Assembly: GCF_006345805.1 (NCBI RefSeq)
Contig: NC_042999.1
Span: forward strand, 128,402,001 to 128,466,000
DNA length: 64,000 bases
Direction of reading: 5' to 3'
From: Octopus sinensis
Taxonomy: Eukaryota
Every line of letters begins with the position of its first letter. The first letter of the stretch is position 1. The notes below the pieces were generated by a model, which saw only the letters and a list, made by a program, of their open reading frames with translations, did not search any database and was not told the DNA's origin. Shown here piece after piece: positions 38,936 to 51,789 of the stretch. A program made the position numbers and the translations under genes.

Positions 38936-39157
38936 TGCATATATGGGTCCAGGATGTCACCAACAGTAAACAACATGAAATACAGAAACAAATGCTTGAC
39001 ATGAGGAGTAGACAGACAGCCGACAACTGATGAAGGGTCGTTGTTTATGTTACTTGTCCTGTTTTCCATTTGTGTCTCTTGTTGTTGTGTATTGAACTCA
39101 TTTGTTTTTGTATTTCATGTTGTTTACTGTTGGTGATGTCCTGTTCCCATATATGCA
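38936..39157. mobile_element. Short foldback element/MITE with about 59-bp TIRs inside a (TA)n tract
   Basis: 38936-38994 pairs with 39099-39157 with about 5 mismatches. Confidence 0.75.
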
Positions 39158-39211
39158 TATGTATATGTGTGTGTGTGTGTGTATATATATATATTATTTA
39201 TATTATATATA

Positions 39212-40658
39212 TAGAATCGAAGAGCCTTAGAGTCAACCTAGCTAAAACTAAAGTCCTAATAAGTAGGAAGGTAGACAAGTCACAAACGCCTTCAGGTAGA
39301 AGGCCTTGCTCGATCTGTAGGAAAGGCATAGGTAGAAACTCTATAAGATGCACCAAGTGTAAGCTATGGACACACAAGAGGTGCAGCAATGTCAAGGGAA
39401 GGCTAACTAGGAAAATAGTTTTTGTATGTGGCAGATGCTCAGGAGCAATAAACACTGAAAATGTGCAGAGAGCAACTTCCGCCACATTCCAGGGAGAAAA
39501 ACTAGAAATAGTTGATAGCTTCCGTTACCTAGGTGACCAAGTCAGTAGCGGGGGCGGGTGTGTTGAAAGTGTAACTGCTAGAGTAAGAATAGCTTGGGCA
39601 AAGTTCAGAGAGCTCCTACCTCTGCTAGGGACAAAAGACCTCTCGCTCAGAGTAAAAGGTAGACTGTATGATGCATGTGTACGAACAGCCATGCAACATG
39701 GCAGTGAAACATGGGCCGTGACTGCTGAGGATATGCATAAGCTTGCAAGAAATGAAGCCAGTACGCTCCAATGGATGTGTAATGTCAGTGTTCATACTCG
39801 ACAGAGTTTAAGTACCTTGAGAGAGAAGTTGGACCTAAGAAGCATCAGTTGCGGTGTGCAAGAGAGACGTTTGCACTGGTATGGTCATGTGGTGAGAATG
39901 GATGAAGATAGTTGTGTGAAAAAGTGCCACACCCTAGCTGTTGAGGGAACCTGTGGAAGAGGCAGACCAAGGAAAACCTGGGACGAGGTAGTGAAGCACG
40001 ACCTTCGAACTTTAGGTCTCACCGAGGAAATGACTAGAGACCGAGACCTTTAGAAGTATGCTGTGCGTGAGAAGACCCAGCAGGACAAGTGAGACCATAA
40101 CCCATGGCCTCAGTCCACTTATGCATACCTTTCCTTCTTGGGACACAAAACTCTACTTGTGAAGACCTGTTGAGGCAAGTGAAAATCAAAAAATCAAAAT
40201 CGATCAACATGAATGGAAATTGTAGCTGTGATACCAGTGCTGGTCGTTGCCAGTGCTGCCCCGACTGGCTTCTGTGCTGGTGGCACGTTAAAAGCACCAT
40301 CCGATCTTGGCCATTGCCAGCGTCGCCTGGCCTCCGTGCCGGTGGCACATAAAAAGCACCATCCGATTGTGGCTGTCTACCAGCCTCACCTGGCCTCCGT
40401 GCCAGTGGCACGTAAAAAGCACCATCCGACCGTGGCCGTTTGCCAGCCTCGTCTGGCACCTGTGCCGGTGGCACGTAAAAAGCACCCACTACACTCATGG
40501 AGTGGTTGGCGTTAGGAAGGGCATCCAGCCATAGAAACATTGCCGGATCAGACTGGGCCTGGTGCAGCCTTCTGGTTTCCAAGACCCCAGTCGCACCGTC
40601 CAACCCATGCCAGCATGGAAAGCGGACACTAAACGATGATGATGATGATGATGATGAT
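39212..40658 (+). mobile_element. RTE LINE, 5'-truncated (post-RT and C-terminal region plus 3'-UTR)
   Basis: CSICRKGIGRNSIRCTKC, VDSFRYLG, ARVRIAWAKFREL, CVRTAMQHGSETW, RRLHWYGHVVRM, GRGRPRKTW. Ends in a (GAT)n tail. Confidence 0.92.
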
Positions 40659-40665
40659 ATGTATA

Positions 40666-40700
<35 letters not shown>

Positions 40701-40789
40701 GTAGTAGTAGTAGTAGTAGTAGTATTACTATTATTATTGTTATTATTATCAGTATTATTAAAAAATAAAAGAAATTCCATGTGTAGTAA

Positions 40790-42075
40790 GAAAGCCTGGA
40801 ATTAGAGGGTCTTAAAGTTAACATAACAAAGATCAAGTTCCTGGTAAGCAAGAAATAAGATAAGACCCTTCTTCCTTCAGGTAAATGGCCCTGCTCAATT
40901 GGTAGAAATGGTGTGGGCAGAAATTCCATCCGGTGTACCCAGTGCAAGCTATGGACACACAAGAGGTGCAGTGGAATAATAGGAACGTTAACAGAGGAAG
41001 TAGTGTTTGCATTTGGTAGATGTGCAGGGGCCATATAGATCACAGATACACAAGAAACTGATTTCTTTAAATGTTTTGAAGGCTCTTCAGAAATTGTAGA
41101 TGAATTTCTGTTCACTACAGAGATAATCTAATAAGCAGTGGAGAAAGTTGTACTGAAAGTATAATTGCTAGAATAAGAATAAGATGGAGAAAGTTCAGGG
41201 AGCTTCTATCTCTGTTGGCAACCAAAGGTCTCTCCCGCTTTGTGTGAAAGGAAGGTTGTATGATGCATGTGTATGAACTGCAATGCTACATGGTAGTGAG
41301 ATGTGGGTCCTAAATGCAGAGGGCATGTGAAGCCTAGAGAGGAATGAAGCTGGCATACTCAACTGAATGTGCAGTGTCAGTGTATATGTGTGACAGAGCA
41401 TTAGTGTACTCGTATTGAGGGAAAACTTAGGTGTAAGAGGGATTATATGCAGTGTGCAAGAGAGGAGACATCACTGGTCTAGACATATAATGTGGATGGA
41501 TGAGGGCAGTTGCATAAATAAATGCCAACCTCTTAAAGTAGAGAGAAATTGTGGAAGTGGGAGACCCAGTAAGATAAGGGATGAAGTATTGAAGGTCAGT
41601 CTCAAAACTCTGAGCCTTAAGAAGGAGATGACGGAGGACTGAGATATGTGGCATGTTGTTGTACTCAAGAAAACCTGCCCACCACAACAGAATTGAGATC
41701 TTAAAACCAAGGTGCCACATAAAAAGTATTGGCGTCAGCAATGGTTCCATGTAAAAAGAACTGGTGATGGTGCTATGTTGATATATGATCAAAAGCACTC
41801 AAACAATGGATAATGAAGTCTTAGATTCTCAGTTTTTCTAACATAGAGAATCTAAGAGTACATAATCAAAGATGTCCTTCTGCTTTTTTTAAATTGCTAT
41901 GTTGGCCCAGGCAATGCTATGTCATCAAGAACTTCATTTCAACAACTACATAGTTTTAGGAAAGGCATCCACCTGTAGAAACAGACTGTGGAACCTGGTG
42001 TAGCCCCTGGCCTTACCAGCTTCTCTCAAGCTGTCCAACCCATGCTAACATAGAAAATGGACATTAAATGTTGAC
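40790..42075 (+). mobile_element. Older degraded RTE LINE 3' fragment, with a foreign segment at 41786-41959 inside its 3'-UTR
   Basis: Same domain order as 39212-40050 with many stops. The tail resumes at 41960 and ends gacgatgat. Confidence 0.8.
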
Positions 42076-42114
42076 GATGATAATTATGTGTGTGTGCATT
42101 TGTGTGTGTATATG

Positions 42115-42146
<32 letters not shown>

Positions 42147-43114
42147 TACACACACACACCACACACACACAAACACACACACACATACACACACACATTC
42201 TGTTTGTATTTCCAGAGATTATTAGGGTAACATTTGAATCATCCATGAAATTTTCAGAAATACATATCCTGTTCTGATACATTAAGAAGTCGTTCCATTA
42301 TCAAGGACTCCATCACCTTGAAATGTCTTTTACTTAACGCTCAAGAATGTTGTTGACAGAATAAATAATGAGATAGCAGGAAGTTTGAAATCAACTTTGG
42401 GGTAATGATATAATAAAATTCTCCTTAATTCAGAGCATTATGTAAAGAGATAAGATGACATAAGATCTGAAGATTTCCATTAAAGAAGAATATGTTGATA
42501 GGAATGGGAAATTTGAATGTAAGTCATCTATAGTGAAGAAGACCATGTGATTAATTAAAAAACTAATTATCTAGTTGTCAGAGAGTTGACAATAAGATTA
42601 GCAATAATTCAACATTTAGTGGAGTTTCTTTTAGTCCTTGTATTTATTATATACTGCATACAGTTAATACAGTTTGTTGTAGCCAATTATAATCGGGATA
42701 GGCAATATAAACAAAAAACAAAAAAAAAAAAACAAAGGAAAAATCAGAATCCATTTTGAGAGGTGAAAGTTACAGGGATTAAAAAATCTGTAAAAACTGA
42801 GTTAGCCTGGAAGGACTCTAAGTGTTTATCTACATTAATTGCATATTCTATTAAAAATAATTTCCTTTTAGAGTGATTATATTCTATTAGTGTTCAGTGT
42901 CAATCTAATTTTTAGTGGAAATGCTTCATGTTAATTACCTGAATAATGAAATAAAAGCTAGAGTGTTTCTAATCTTTTAACTAAAATAATCCTGTTTAGT
43001 TGTTAAAACTAAGACAATGGAAGGTCTAAATATGATTTGGTGTAACAGTTTTCATTCATTTTACCTAGTAACTCCTACTCAATAATCAAATCATATTGTT
43101 TAGCAGACACTCAC

Positions 43115-43160
43115 CTCTTCACTCTATAACAATGTGGGGTAATAGGAGCGGAACTGGAAT
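43115..43160 (-). other. Candidate 46-nt internal exon (phase 1 in, phase 2 out)
   Basis: atttttctcacAG acceptor and gaagag|GTGAGT donor in non-repetitive sequence. One open frame, (D)SSSAPITPHCYRVK. Confidence 0.4.
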
Positions 43161-44149
43161 CTGTGAGAAAAATCAATATATGCTGTTTTGACTAACAGTC
43201 TTCTCTTCTTATCGAAACTACGGAATTTGTACAGCTATTTATAGTAATTCCACCATTCCCCAAATCATATACAACACACTGATTGAAATCATAAATCCAA
43301 TAGTGTCAATGTTTAGATAAAAGAGAAAAATGATAAGATGAAAATAAAAAAAGGATGACAGGAGAATATTGAGAAGATGAATGGAAGACACTTATAGAAA
43401 GTGAAAGAGTAGCAACTAGGCAGATGAGAAAATAATTGCTGGGAAATTAAATATATGCTCTCATTGAAATGGCTTCAGCTATAAGAAAAATCCATTTGTT
43501 TGGATTTTTCTCTATGTCTGTTTAATTTACATTTCTAGCTTTTTAGTTAGTTAAAGGTTAATGCTGACTTAGTCTAGGAGAAATGTCCTTTCTTCTTTCT
43601 TTTCAATGTCTACATTAGTTTCTTTAAATAATTCCAGTTGATATTCCAGAAGTATCTTGACCTCAATTAGAGAGCTGCACCACCTTGTAAACTTCTATGT
43701 TAACATCATATTTAACATATAGCTATGATTGGACTAGTAGTGTATTTAGCAACATTCGCTTCGGTTTCAGCTGCATAAACAAAGCTCCCTACATGCCGAG
43801 AACAAACAAACACACACAGAGACAGGCACACATGCACACACACATGGTCACACTCGTGTGAACACACATGCAAGCACAACCAGACACACATGCATACAAT
43901 GCTCACACAAATACACACATGCACACGGAAATAAGAAATTGTATGTCATGTTCATGCGGGTGAGTATGTATGTGTGTGTATGTGCTTGTGTGCAAAGTGG
44001 ACATTAAAACATTGATTATGCACACACATATATTTATTTATTTATATATTCATACATACATGCATCCATATATATTATATATATACATATAGGGCAATGC
44101 ATGGCCACGATAGGTGTATGGGAGGTAGAGGAGGAGGGGTAGTGGAAAA

Positions 44150-44436
44150 TGGATGTGTGAAAATGTGTGGGGGTGATGAATTGAGACTGAGGAACTGAGG
44201 AATGAAGAGAGAAAATAGATTCCTGCTCTCATCAGAGGTGGGAATCCAGGTGGCCTCTGTGCAAGGCCAGTCTGAACACAGACAGATGTAGCGATTCACC
44301 TGTTGAGCAGAATGCCTGGGGTATCATTGCTGAGTCTGATGTTCTGGAGATGTTTGGCAAACCAGTTGGCTAAGCACTGGCCTGTTTGACCAATATACAG
44401 GGAAAGACAGAGAGAGTAGGAGATGCAGTAGGTGAC
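44150..44436 (-). mobile_element. Penelope-like element GIY-YIG endonuclease remnant
   Basis: VTYCISYSLCLSLYIGQTGQCLANWFAKHLQNIRLSNDTP, followed by frameshifted ...EQESIFSL.....GLN-like sequence. Confidence 0.7.
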
Positions 44437-44572
44437 ATGTATGTGTATATATGTATATATATATATATATATATAATATATATATATAATATATATATAC
44501 CAAGTAAGAATAGGGGTTTATGATGATATAATATATATATAATATATATATATATATAATATATATATATAT

Positions 44573-47500
44573 GCTCACAGGCAAGGACACAGGTACAAGA
44601 TTTTCTGGGCAGGGAACACTGACGGGGTCGGGGGCGTGGGTATACTTCTTGCGGAGAAATGAGTAGGTAAGGTAATCGAGGTAGTCAGAGTAAGTGACAG
44701 AATAATTAAAATTAGATTAGTCCTATACCATAGGACAGCTACCATCATCTCGGCATATGTCCCTCAACCAGGGCTACCGGAAGGACAAAAAGACCAATTC
44801 TATGACACCCTATTGCGGACTACTTCGTTGACAAATGACAGTGACCTTCTCTTCGTGGCAGGTGATTTCAATGGACATGTTGGACGACATGTCGGGGGCT
44901 TCCATGGCGTCCATGGAGGCTACGGTTTTGGCTCTCGTAATGAGGAGGGAACCAGGCTGCTGGAGTTCTGCGATGAAAATGACCTTATGGTCTGCAATAC
45001 CAACTTCAGGAAACCCACCTCTCACCTAGTCACCTACCGTTCTGGCAGACACACCAGCCAGATTGACTACATCCTTGCCAGAAAAAGGGAAAGAGGGCTG
45101 ATTATAAATGCCAAAACCTTTCCAGGCGAAGAATGTACTCCTCAACATAGATTAGTAGTTAGCGACATCAGGATCAGAGCTAAATGGTTGCCCAGAAGAA
45201 GACCAGCTTGGAGGAGAAGGGTCTGGAAGCTTAAAGATCCTGCAAATGGACAGAGATTTAGAGACATACTACTCGAAGCCTTTGACGAAATAGAAGGGGA
45301 TATAGCTTCACTTAATGTGGAAGACAACTGGAGATTCCTACGAGACAATCTGCTGACAGCCACTGAACAGATCTGTGGATGGAGCAAAGTACCATCTCGA
45401 CCCAGAGTAACATGGTGGTGGAACACCGTGGTTGACAGGGCTATTAGACAAAAGAGACAGGCTTGGAAGGACTGGAAGAACAGTGGTAGCAGGGAATTGT
45501 ATCAGACAGCCAAAAGGGAAGCTAGGAGACAGGTTTATTTAGCCAGAGGGGAAGCGGATAAGAAAAAATTTGCCAATGTTCTGAGCCGTGAGGATGAAAA
45601 ACTTGAGGTATTTCGTGTTGCAAGACAGTGTGTGAGAGAGAATCGTGATGTGGTAGGAGAGAAGTGTGTTCGCATGGATGATAGTTCACTTGCGCTAAAT
45701 GAGGATGCAAAGAGAGAGGTTTGGAGATGCCACTATGAAAGGTTGCTGAATAAAGAAAATGAATGGGATAAAGAGAGTCTGCCGAATGTTGACCCAACAG
45801 AGAGACCAGCTATCCGAGTTGATAGTTCCGTGGTAGCTAAGGCAATTAGAAGCATGAAGACAGGAAAGCCCCAGGCCCATCAGGAATTACTGCAGAGATG
45901 CTCAAAATATTTGGCAGTGTCGGCTATAACCTAGTCACCCGTATAGTCAACCAGGTGATACACAAAGGAGTCATACCCAATGACTGGTGTAGCAGCATAC
46001 TAGTCAACTGCTACAAAGGTAAAGGTGATGCCCTAGATACAAATAATTACAGAGGTATCAAGCTGTTGGATCAGGTAATGAAGGTTACGGAGAGGGTCAT
46101 AGCCCAACTAATTAGAGAGAGAGTTAGTTTAGATGAGATGCAGTTTGGGTTCGTGCCAGGGAAAAGCACCACTGATGCTATATTCCTGGTAAGGCAGCTG
46201 CAGGAGAAATACCTAGCCAAAGATAAGCCCCTGTACCTGGCTTTCGTTGACATGGAGAAAGCCTTTGATAGGGTCCCCCGATCCCCCATCTGGTGGTCAA
46301 TGAGGAAACTAGGGATAGATGAATGGCTGGTGAGGGCTGTGCAAGCCATGTACAGAGATGCCGTAAGTAAGGTTAGGGTTGGCAACATGTACACAGAAGA
46401 ATTCAAAGTAGAGGTTGGGGTCCACCAGGGTTCAGTACTCAGCCCCCTCCTATTTATCATAGTCCTCCAGGCAATTGTAGAGGAATTCAAGACAGGTTGC
46501 CCCTGGAAGCTCCTCTATGCTGACGACCTCGCTCTCTAATTGCTGAGTCACTATCAGAACTGGAGGAGAAGTTCCAGGTGTGGAAGGAGGGTTTAGAATC
46601 GAGGGGCCTTAGAGTCAACCTAGCTAAAACCAAAGTCCTAATAAGTAGAAAGGTAGACAATCCACAAATATCCTCAGGAAGATGGCCCTGCTCGATCTGT
46701 AGAAAAGGTGTAGGTAGAAACTCTATAAGATGTACCCAGTGTAAGCTATGGACACATAGAGGTGCAGCAATGTCAAAGGTAGGCTAACTGGGAAGATAGT
46801 TTTTGTATGTGGCAGATGCTCGGGAGCATTGACCTCCGAAAATCTGCAGAAAACAACTTCCGTCACTTTCCAGGGGGAAAAACTAGAAGTAGTTGATAGC
46901 TTCCATTATCTGGGTGACCAAGTCAGTAGTGGGGGTGGGTGCGCTGAAAGTGTAACTGCTAGAATAAGAATAGCCTGGGCAAAGTTTAGGGAGCTCTTAC
47001 CTCTTCTGGTGACTAAAGGCCTCTCGCTCAGAGTAAAAGGCAGACTGTATGATGCATGTGTACGAACAGCCATGCTACATGGCAGTGAAACATGGGCCGT
47101 GACTGCTGAGGACATGCGTAAGCTCGTGAGGAATGAAGCAAGTATGCTCCGATGGATGTGTAATGTCAGTGTACTTACTCGACAGAGCGTTAGTACCTTG
47201 AGAGAAATGTTGTACCTAAGAAGCATCAGTTGTGGTGTGCAAGAGAGACGATTGTGCTGGTATGGTCATGTGGCGAGAATGGATGAAGATAGGTGTGTGA
47301 GAAAGTGCCAATCCCTAGCAGTTGAGGGAACCCGTGGAAGAGGTAGACCCAGGAAAACCTGGGACGAGGTGGTGAAGCACGACGTTAGGTCTCACCATGG
47401 AAATGACTAGAGACCGAGACCTATGGAAGTATGCTGTGCGTGAGAAGACCCGGCAAGAGTAGTGAAGCCATAACCCGTGGCCCCTACCTGGGACGTAGTC

Positions 47501-47815
47501 AGTCCACCTGTGCATACCTTCCTTCTTGTGACACTTGTGAAGACCTGTTGAGGCAAGTGAAAATCAATCAAATCAAATCAAATCAGATGAACATCAATGG
47601 AATTTGTATCCTTGTGGTACCAGTGCCGGTGGCACATAAAATCACCCACTACACTCTCGGAGTGGTTGGCGTTAGGAAGGGCATCCAGCTGTAGAAACAC
47701 TGCCAGATCTGACTGGCCTGGTGCAGCCTTCGAGCTTGCCAGACCCCAGTTGAACCGTCCAACCCATGCTAGCATGGAAAGCGGACGTTAAACGATGATG
47801 ATGATGATGATGATG

Positions 47816-47817
<2 letters not shown>
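44573..47817 (+). mobile_element. RTE-clade LINE, long 5'-truncated copy: APE endonuclease + RT + C-terminal domain + 3'-UTR, frameshifted
   Basis: GVGGVGILLAEK, VAGDFNGHVG, SQIDYIL, QHRLVV (endonuclease); NYRGIKLL, QFGFVPGKSTTDAIF, AFVDMEKAFDRV, GVHQGSVLSPLLF, LLYADDL (RT). Frame breaks near 45890, 46540 and 46760. Confidence 0.95.
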
Positions 47818-47859
<42 letters not shown>

Positions 47860-47864
47860 TATAT

Positions 47865-48097
47865 CAAGGCGGCGAGCTGGTAGAAACGTTAGCCCACTGG
47901 GTGAAATTCGTAGCCGTATTTCATCTGTCGTTATGTTCGGAGTTCAAATTCCGGTGAGGTCGACTTTGCCTTTCATCCTTTCGGGGTCGATAAATTAAGT
48001 ACCAGTTATGCACTGGGGTCAATGTAGTCGACTTAATCCCTTTGTCTGTCCTTGTTTGTCCCCTCTGTGTTTAGCCCCTTGTGGGTAGTAAAGAAAT
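47865..48097 (+). mobile_element. SINE family B, well-preserved copy
   Basis: A-box-like ggcgagctggtagaa and B-box-like ggagttcaaattcc. The central gcctttcatcctttcggggtcgataaattaagtaccag block resembles conserved animal SINE central domains (recalled, unverified). Confidence 0.8.
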
Positions 48098-48159
48098 ATA
48101 TATATATATATATATAAAATCTATAAATCTCTCTTTCTCTCCCTGTATATATATATGCT

Positions 48160-48200
<41 letters not shown>

Positions 48201-49018
48201 TATATTGATACACACAAACACACATACACACTTACATACACATGCATGCACACGCATGCACACACACTGTTTGTTTTTATGTGAAGTTATATACAAAAAC
48301 ACCTGAAACAGTAGACTGAAAGATTGGCAGGGACTTCGAAGTTTTGGCTTACTAGCTGTATCAGAACATCCGAGGAAAGCTTGTAAGGTAAAACTTTGAA
48401 GTCACTGCCCAGTGGGTTTTTTCTCCACCATGCTAACCAAGACAGTATTCTTAATTCCATTAGTAAGGGATTATGTGCCTCTGGCCAGCAGGTCTGGTGA
48501 GTTGCCTATATTGCTAAGAGCAATAATAGACAAGAAAACAGTGGTAACTTTCTGACCAGCCATAACCTGCAACTATGTGACTGTGTAGGTATATATATAT
48601 ATATATATATATCACCATCATCATTATTGAATGTTCATGTTCCATGGTGGCATGTGTTAGACAGGATCTGACAGATTTGAAAATTCCAAAGTACTCCAGT
48701 GTCTGCTGCTTTGACATGTTTTCTACTGTGCATTCCCTTCCTAATACAAACTGCTTTGTTGTATGTGCTGGATACCTTTTTTCTGTGGCATCAGCATTAG
48801 TAAGTTCACTAAATATATGAATATCATCATCATCGTCATTGCCATCATCATTTAACATCTGTTGTCCATGCTGGCATGAGTTGGATAGCTTGACCAAAGC
48901 TGGCAAGCTGGGGAGCTACACCAGACACCAGTCTAATTTGGCATGGTTTCCTTATAGCTGGATGCTCTTCCTAATGCCAACCACTCCGAGAGAGTAATGG
49001 GTGCTTTTATATGTCACA

Positions 49019-50620
49019 ATTCAAGACAGGATGACCCTGGAAGCTCCTCTATGCTGATGACCTTGCTCTAATTGCTGACTATCAGAACTAGAGAAAAAGT
49101 TTCAGGTGTGGAAGCAAATATTAGAATTGAAGGATCTTAGAGTCAACCTAGCTAAAACCAAAGTCTTAGTAAGTAGGAAGGCAGACAAATCACAAATCCC
49201 TTCAGGCAGATGACCTTGTTCGATCTGTAGAAAAGGTGTAGGTAGGAACTCTATAAGACGTACCCAGTGTAAGCTATGGACACATAAGAGGTGCGACAAT
49301 ATCAAAGGGAGGATAACTGGGAAGATAGTTTTTGTATGTGGCAAATGCTCAGGTGCTATAAACACTGAAAATGTGCAGAGAACAGCTTCTGTCACATTCC
49401 AGGGAGAAAAACTACAAGTAGTTAACAGCTTCCGTTACCTAGGGGACCAAATCAGTAATGGGGGTGGATGCTCTGAAAGTGTAGCTGCTGGAATAAGAAT
49501 AGCCTGAGCAAAGTTCAGAGAGCTCCTACCTCTGCTGGTGACAAAGGGCCTCTCACTCAGAGTAAAAGGTAGACTGTATGACGCATATGTATGAACAGCC
49601 ATGCTATGTGGCAGTGAAACATAGGCTGTGAATGCTGAGGACATGCGTAAGCTTGCAAGGAATGAAGCTAGTATGCTCCACTGGATGTGTAATGTCAGTG
49701 TTCATACTCGACAGAGTTTAAGTACCTTGAGAGAGAAGTTGGACCTAAGAAGCATCAGATGCAGTGTGCAAGAGAGATGACGGCACTAGTATGGTCATGT
49801 GTTGCATATGAATGAGGACAACTGTGTGAAAAAGTGTCACACCCTAGAAGTTGAGGGAACCTTTGGAAGAGGTAGACCCAGGAAAACCTGGGATGAGGTG
49901 GTGAAGCACAACCTCTGAACATTGGGTCTTACCGAGGCAATGACTAGTGACTGACCCTTTGGAGATATGCTGTACTTGAGAAGACCCAAAAAGCCGAGTG
50001 AGACCATGGCCCATGGCCTATGCCAGTGGGTGAAACCAGCCCACTTATGAACACCCCTCATTCATTGGACAATAAACTTTGCTTGCAAAGACCTATTGAG
50101 GCAAGTGAAATCAAAATTGCTGAGGTGGCTGATGACAGTACTGCCTGATTGGTACTCATGCCAGTGGAATGTTAAAGGCACATCCGAGCATGATTGTTTC
50201 CAGGGCCACAGATTGGCTCCCATGCCAGTGGCACGTGAAAAGCAACATTCGAGCATGATCATTGCCAGTGTCGCCTTACCGGCACATGTACCAGTGGCAT
50301 GTGAAAAGCAACATTCAAGTGTGGTCATTGCCAGTGCTGCCAGACTGGTTCCCATGCAGGTAGCATGTAAAAAACACCTTTTGAGCATGGTCATTGCCAG
50401 AACTGCCTGACTGGCCTTCGTGCCGGTGTCATGTAAAAGCAGTCACTACACTCTCAGAGTGGTTGGCATTAGGAAGGACATCCAGCTGTAGAAACTCTGC
50501 CAGATCAGATTGAGCTTTGGTGCAGCCTCTGGCTCACCAGTCGTCAGTCAAACTGTCCAACCCATGGAAAGCGGACGTTAAATAATGATAATGATGATGG
50601 TGGTGATGATGATGATGGGC
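49019..50620 (+). mobile_element. RTE LINE 3' fragment starting at the RT YADD region
   Basis: WKLLYADDLALI...; colinear with 46480-47817, with multiple stops. Confidence 0.9.
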
Positions 50621-50669
50621 TCTTTTATGTGGCACTGCAAAGACACTTTTTCATGACACTGCATGAGTG

Positions 50670-50710
<41 letters not shown>

Positions 50711-50712
<2 letters not shown>

Positions 50713-51616
50713 TCATCATCATCATCATCGTTTAACGTCCGTTCTCCATGCTAGCATGGGTTGGACGGTTCGACCAGGGATCTGGGAAGCCAGAAGGCTG
50801 CACCAGGCTCCAGTCTTATCTGGCAATGTTTCTACAGCTGGATGCCCTTCCTAACGCCAACCACTCCGTGAGTGTAGTGGGTGCTTTTTACGTGCCACCT
50901 GCACAGGTGCCAGGCGAGGCTGCAACGGCCACGGTCGGATTGGTGTATTTTACGTGCCACCGGCACGGAAGTCAGTGGAGGCGGCGCTGGCATCGGCCAC
51001 GAGTCGGATAGTGCTTTTTACGTACCACCAGACCAGGGATCCTGGCTGGTTCAATTCGATTTCACTTTCGCTTGCCCCAACATGTCTTCGCAAGCAAAGG
51101 GGGTTGGCATGGGTGCCTGTCGTCGGATGAGGTTCTATATTGACTTCACTTGCCTCAACAGGCCTTTGTGTCCAAGGGAGGAAAGGCATTCATAAGTGGG
51201 CTGGGCTCACTTGTCCTGCCTGGTCTTCTCACGTACAGAATATTTCCAAAGGTCTCGGTCGCTGGTCATTTCCTCAGTGAGGCCTAAAGTTCGAAGGTCA
51301 TGCTTCACCACCTCGTCCCAGGTTTTTCTGGGTCTACCTCTTCCACGGGTTCCCTCAACTGCTAGGGATTGGCACTTTCTCACACACCTATCTTCATCCA
51401 TTCTCACCACATGACCATACCAGCGCAATCGTCTCTCTTGCACACCACAACTGATGCTTCGTAGGTACAACATTTCTCTCAAGGTGCTAACACTCTGTCG
51501 AGTATGTACACTGACATTACACATCCATCGGAGCATACTGGCTTCATTCCTCACGAGCTTACGCATGTCCTCACCAGTCACGGCCCATGTTTCACTGCCA
51601 TGTAGCATGGCTGTTC

Positions 51617-51618
<2 letters not shown>
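50711..51618 (-). mobile_element. Young RTE LINE 3' fragment, inverted relative to its neighbour
   Basis: RTAMLHGSETWAV...RRLRWYGHVVRMDEDRCVRKCQSLAVEGTRGRGRPRKTW. Very close to 47060-47460. Confidence 0.92.
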
Positions 51619-51654
<36 letters not shown>

Positions 51655-51789
51655 GCACACACAATATAAACACACATACAGACATACGTATATATGTTAC
51701 TGATAACATGTAGAAGGTGTTTCTTTGCCACTCATCAAAGTGAATGGAGCTCGAGCAGGGGGAATTAATGTCATCAGAAAATATCCTAC

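Noticed and set aside
39027-39070. CTGATGA hammerhead core motif inside the foldback element
   Set aside because: No stem II followed by GAAA is present at a compatible distance.
40262-40490. Regularly spaced palindromic repeats resembling a CRISPR array
   Set aside because: The intervening sequences are homologous to each other (tandem units, not unique spacers), there are no cas genes, and the context is a eukaryotic LINE 3'-UTR.
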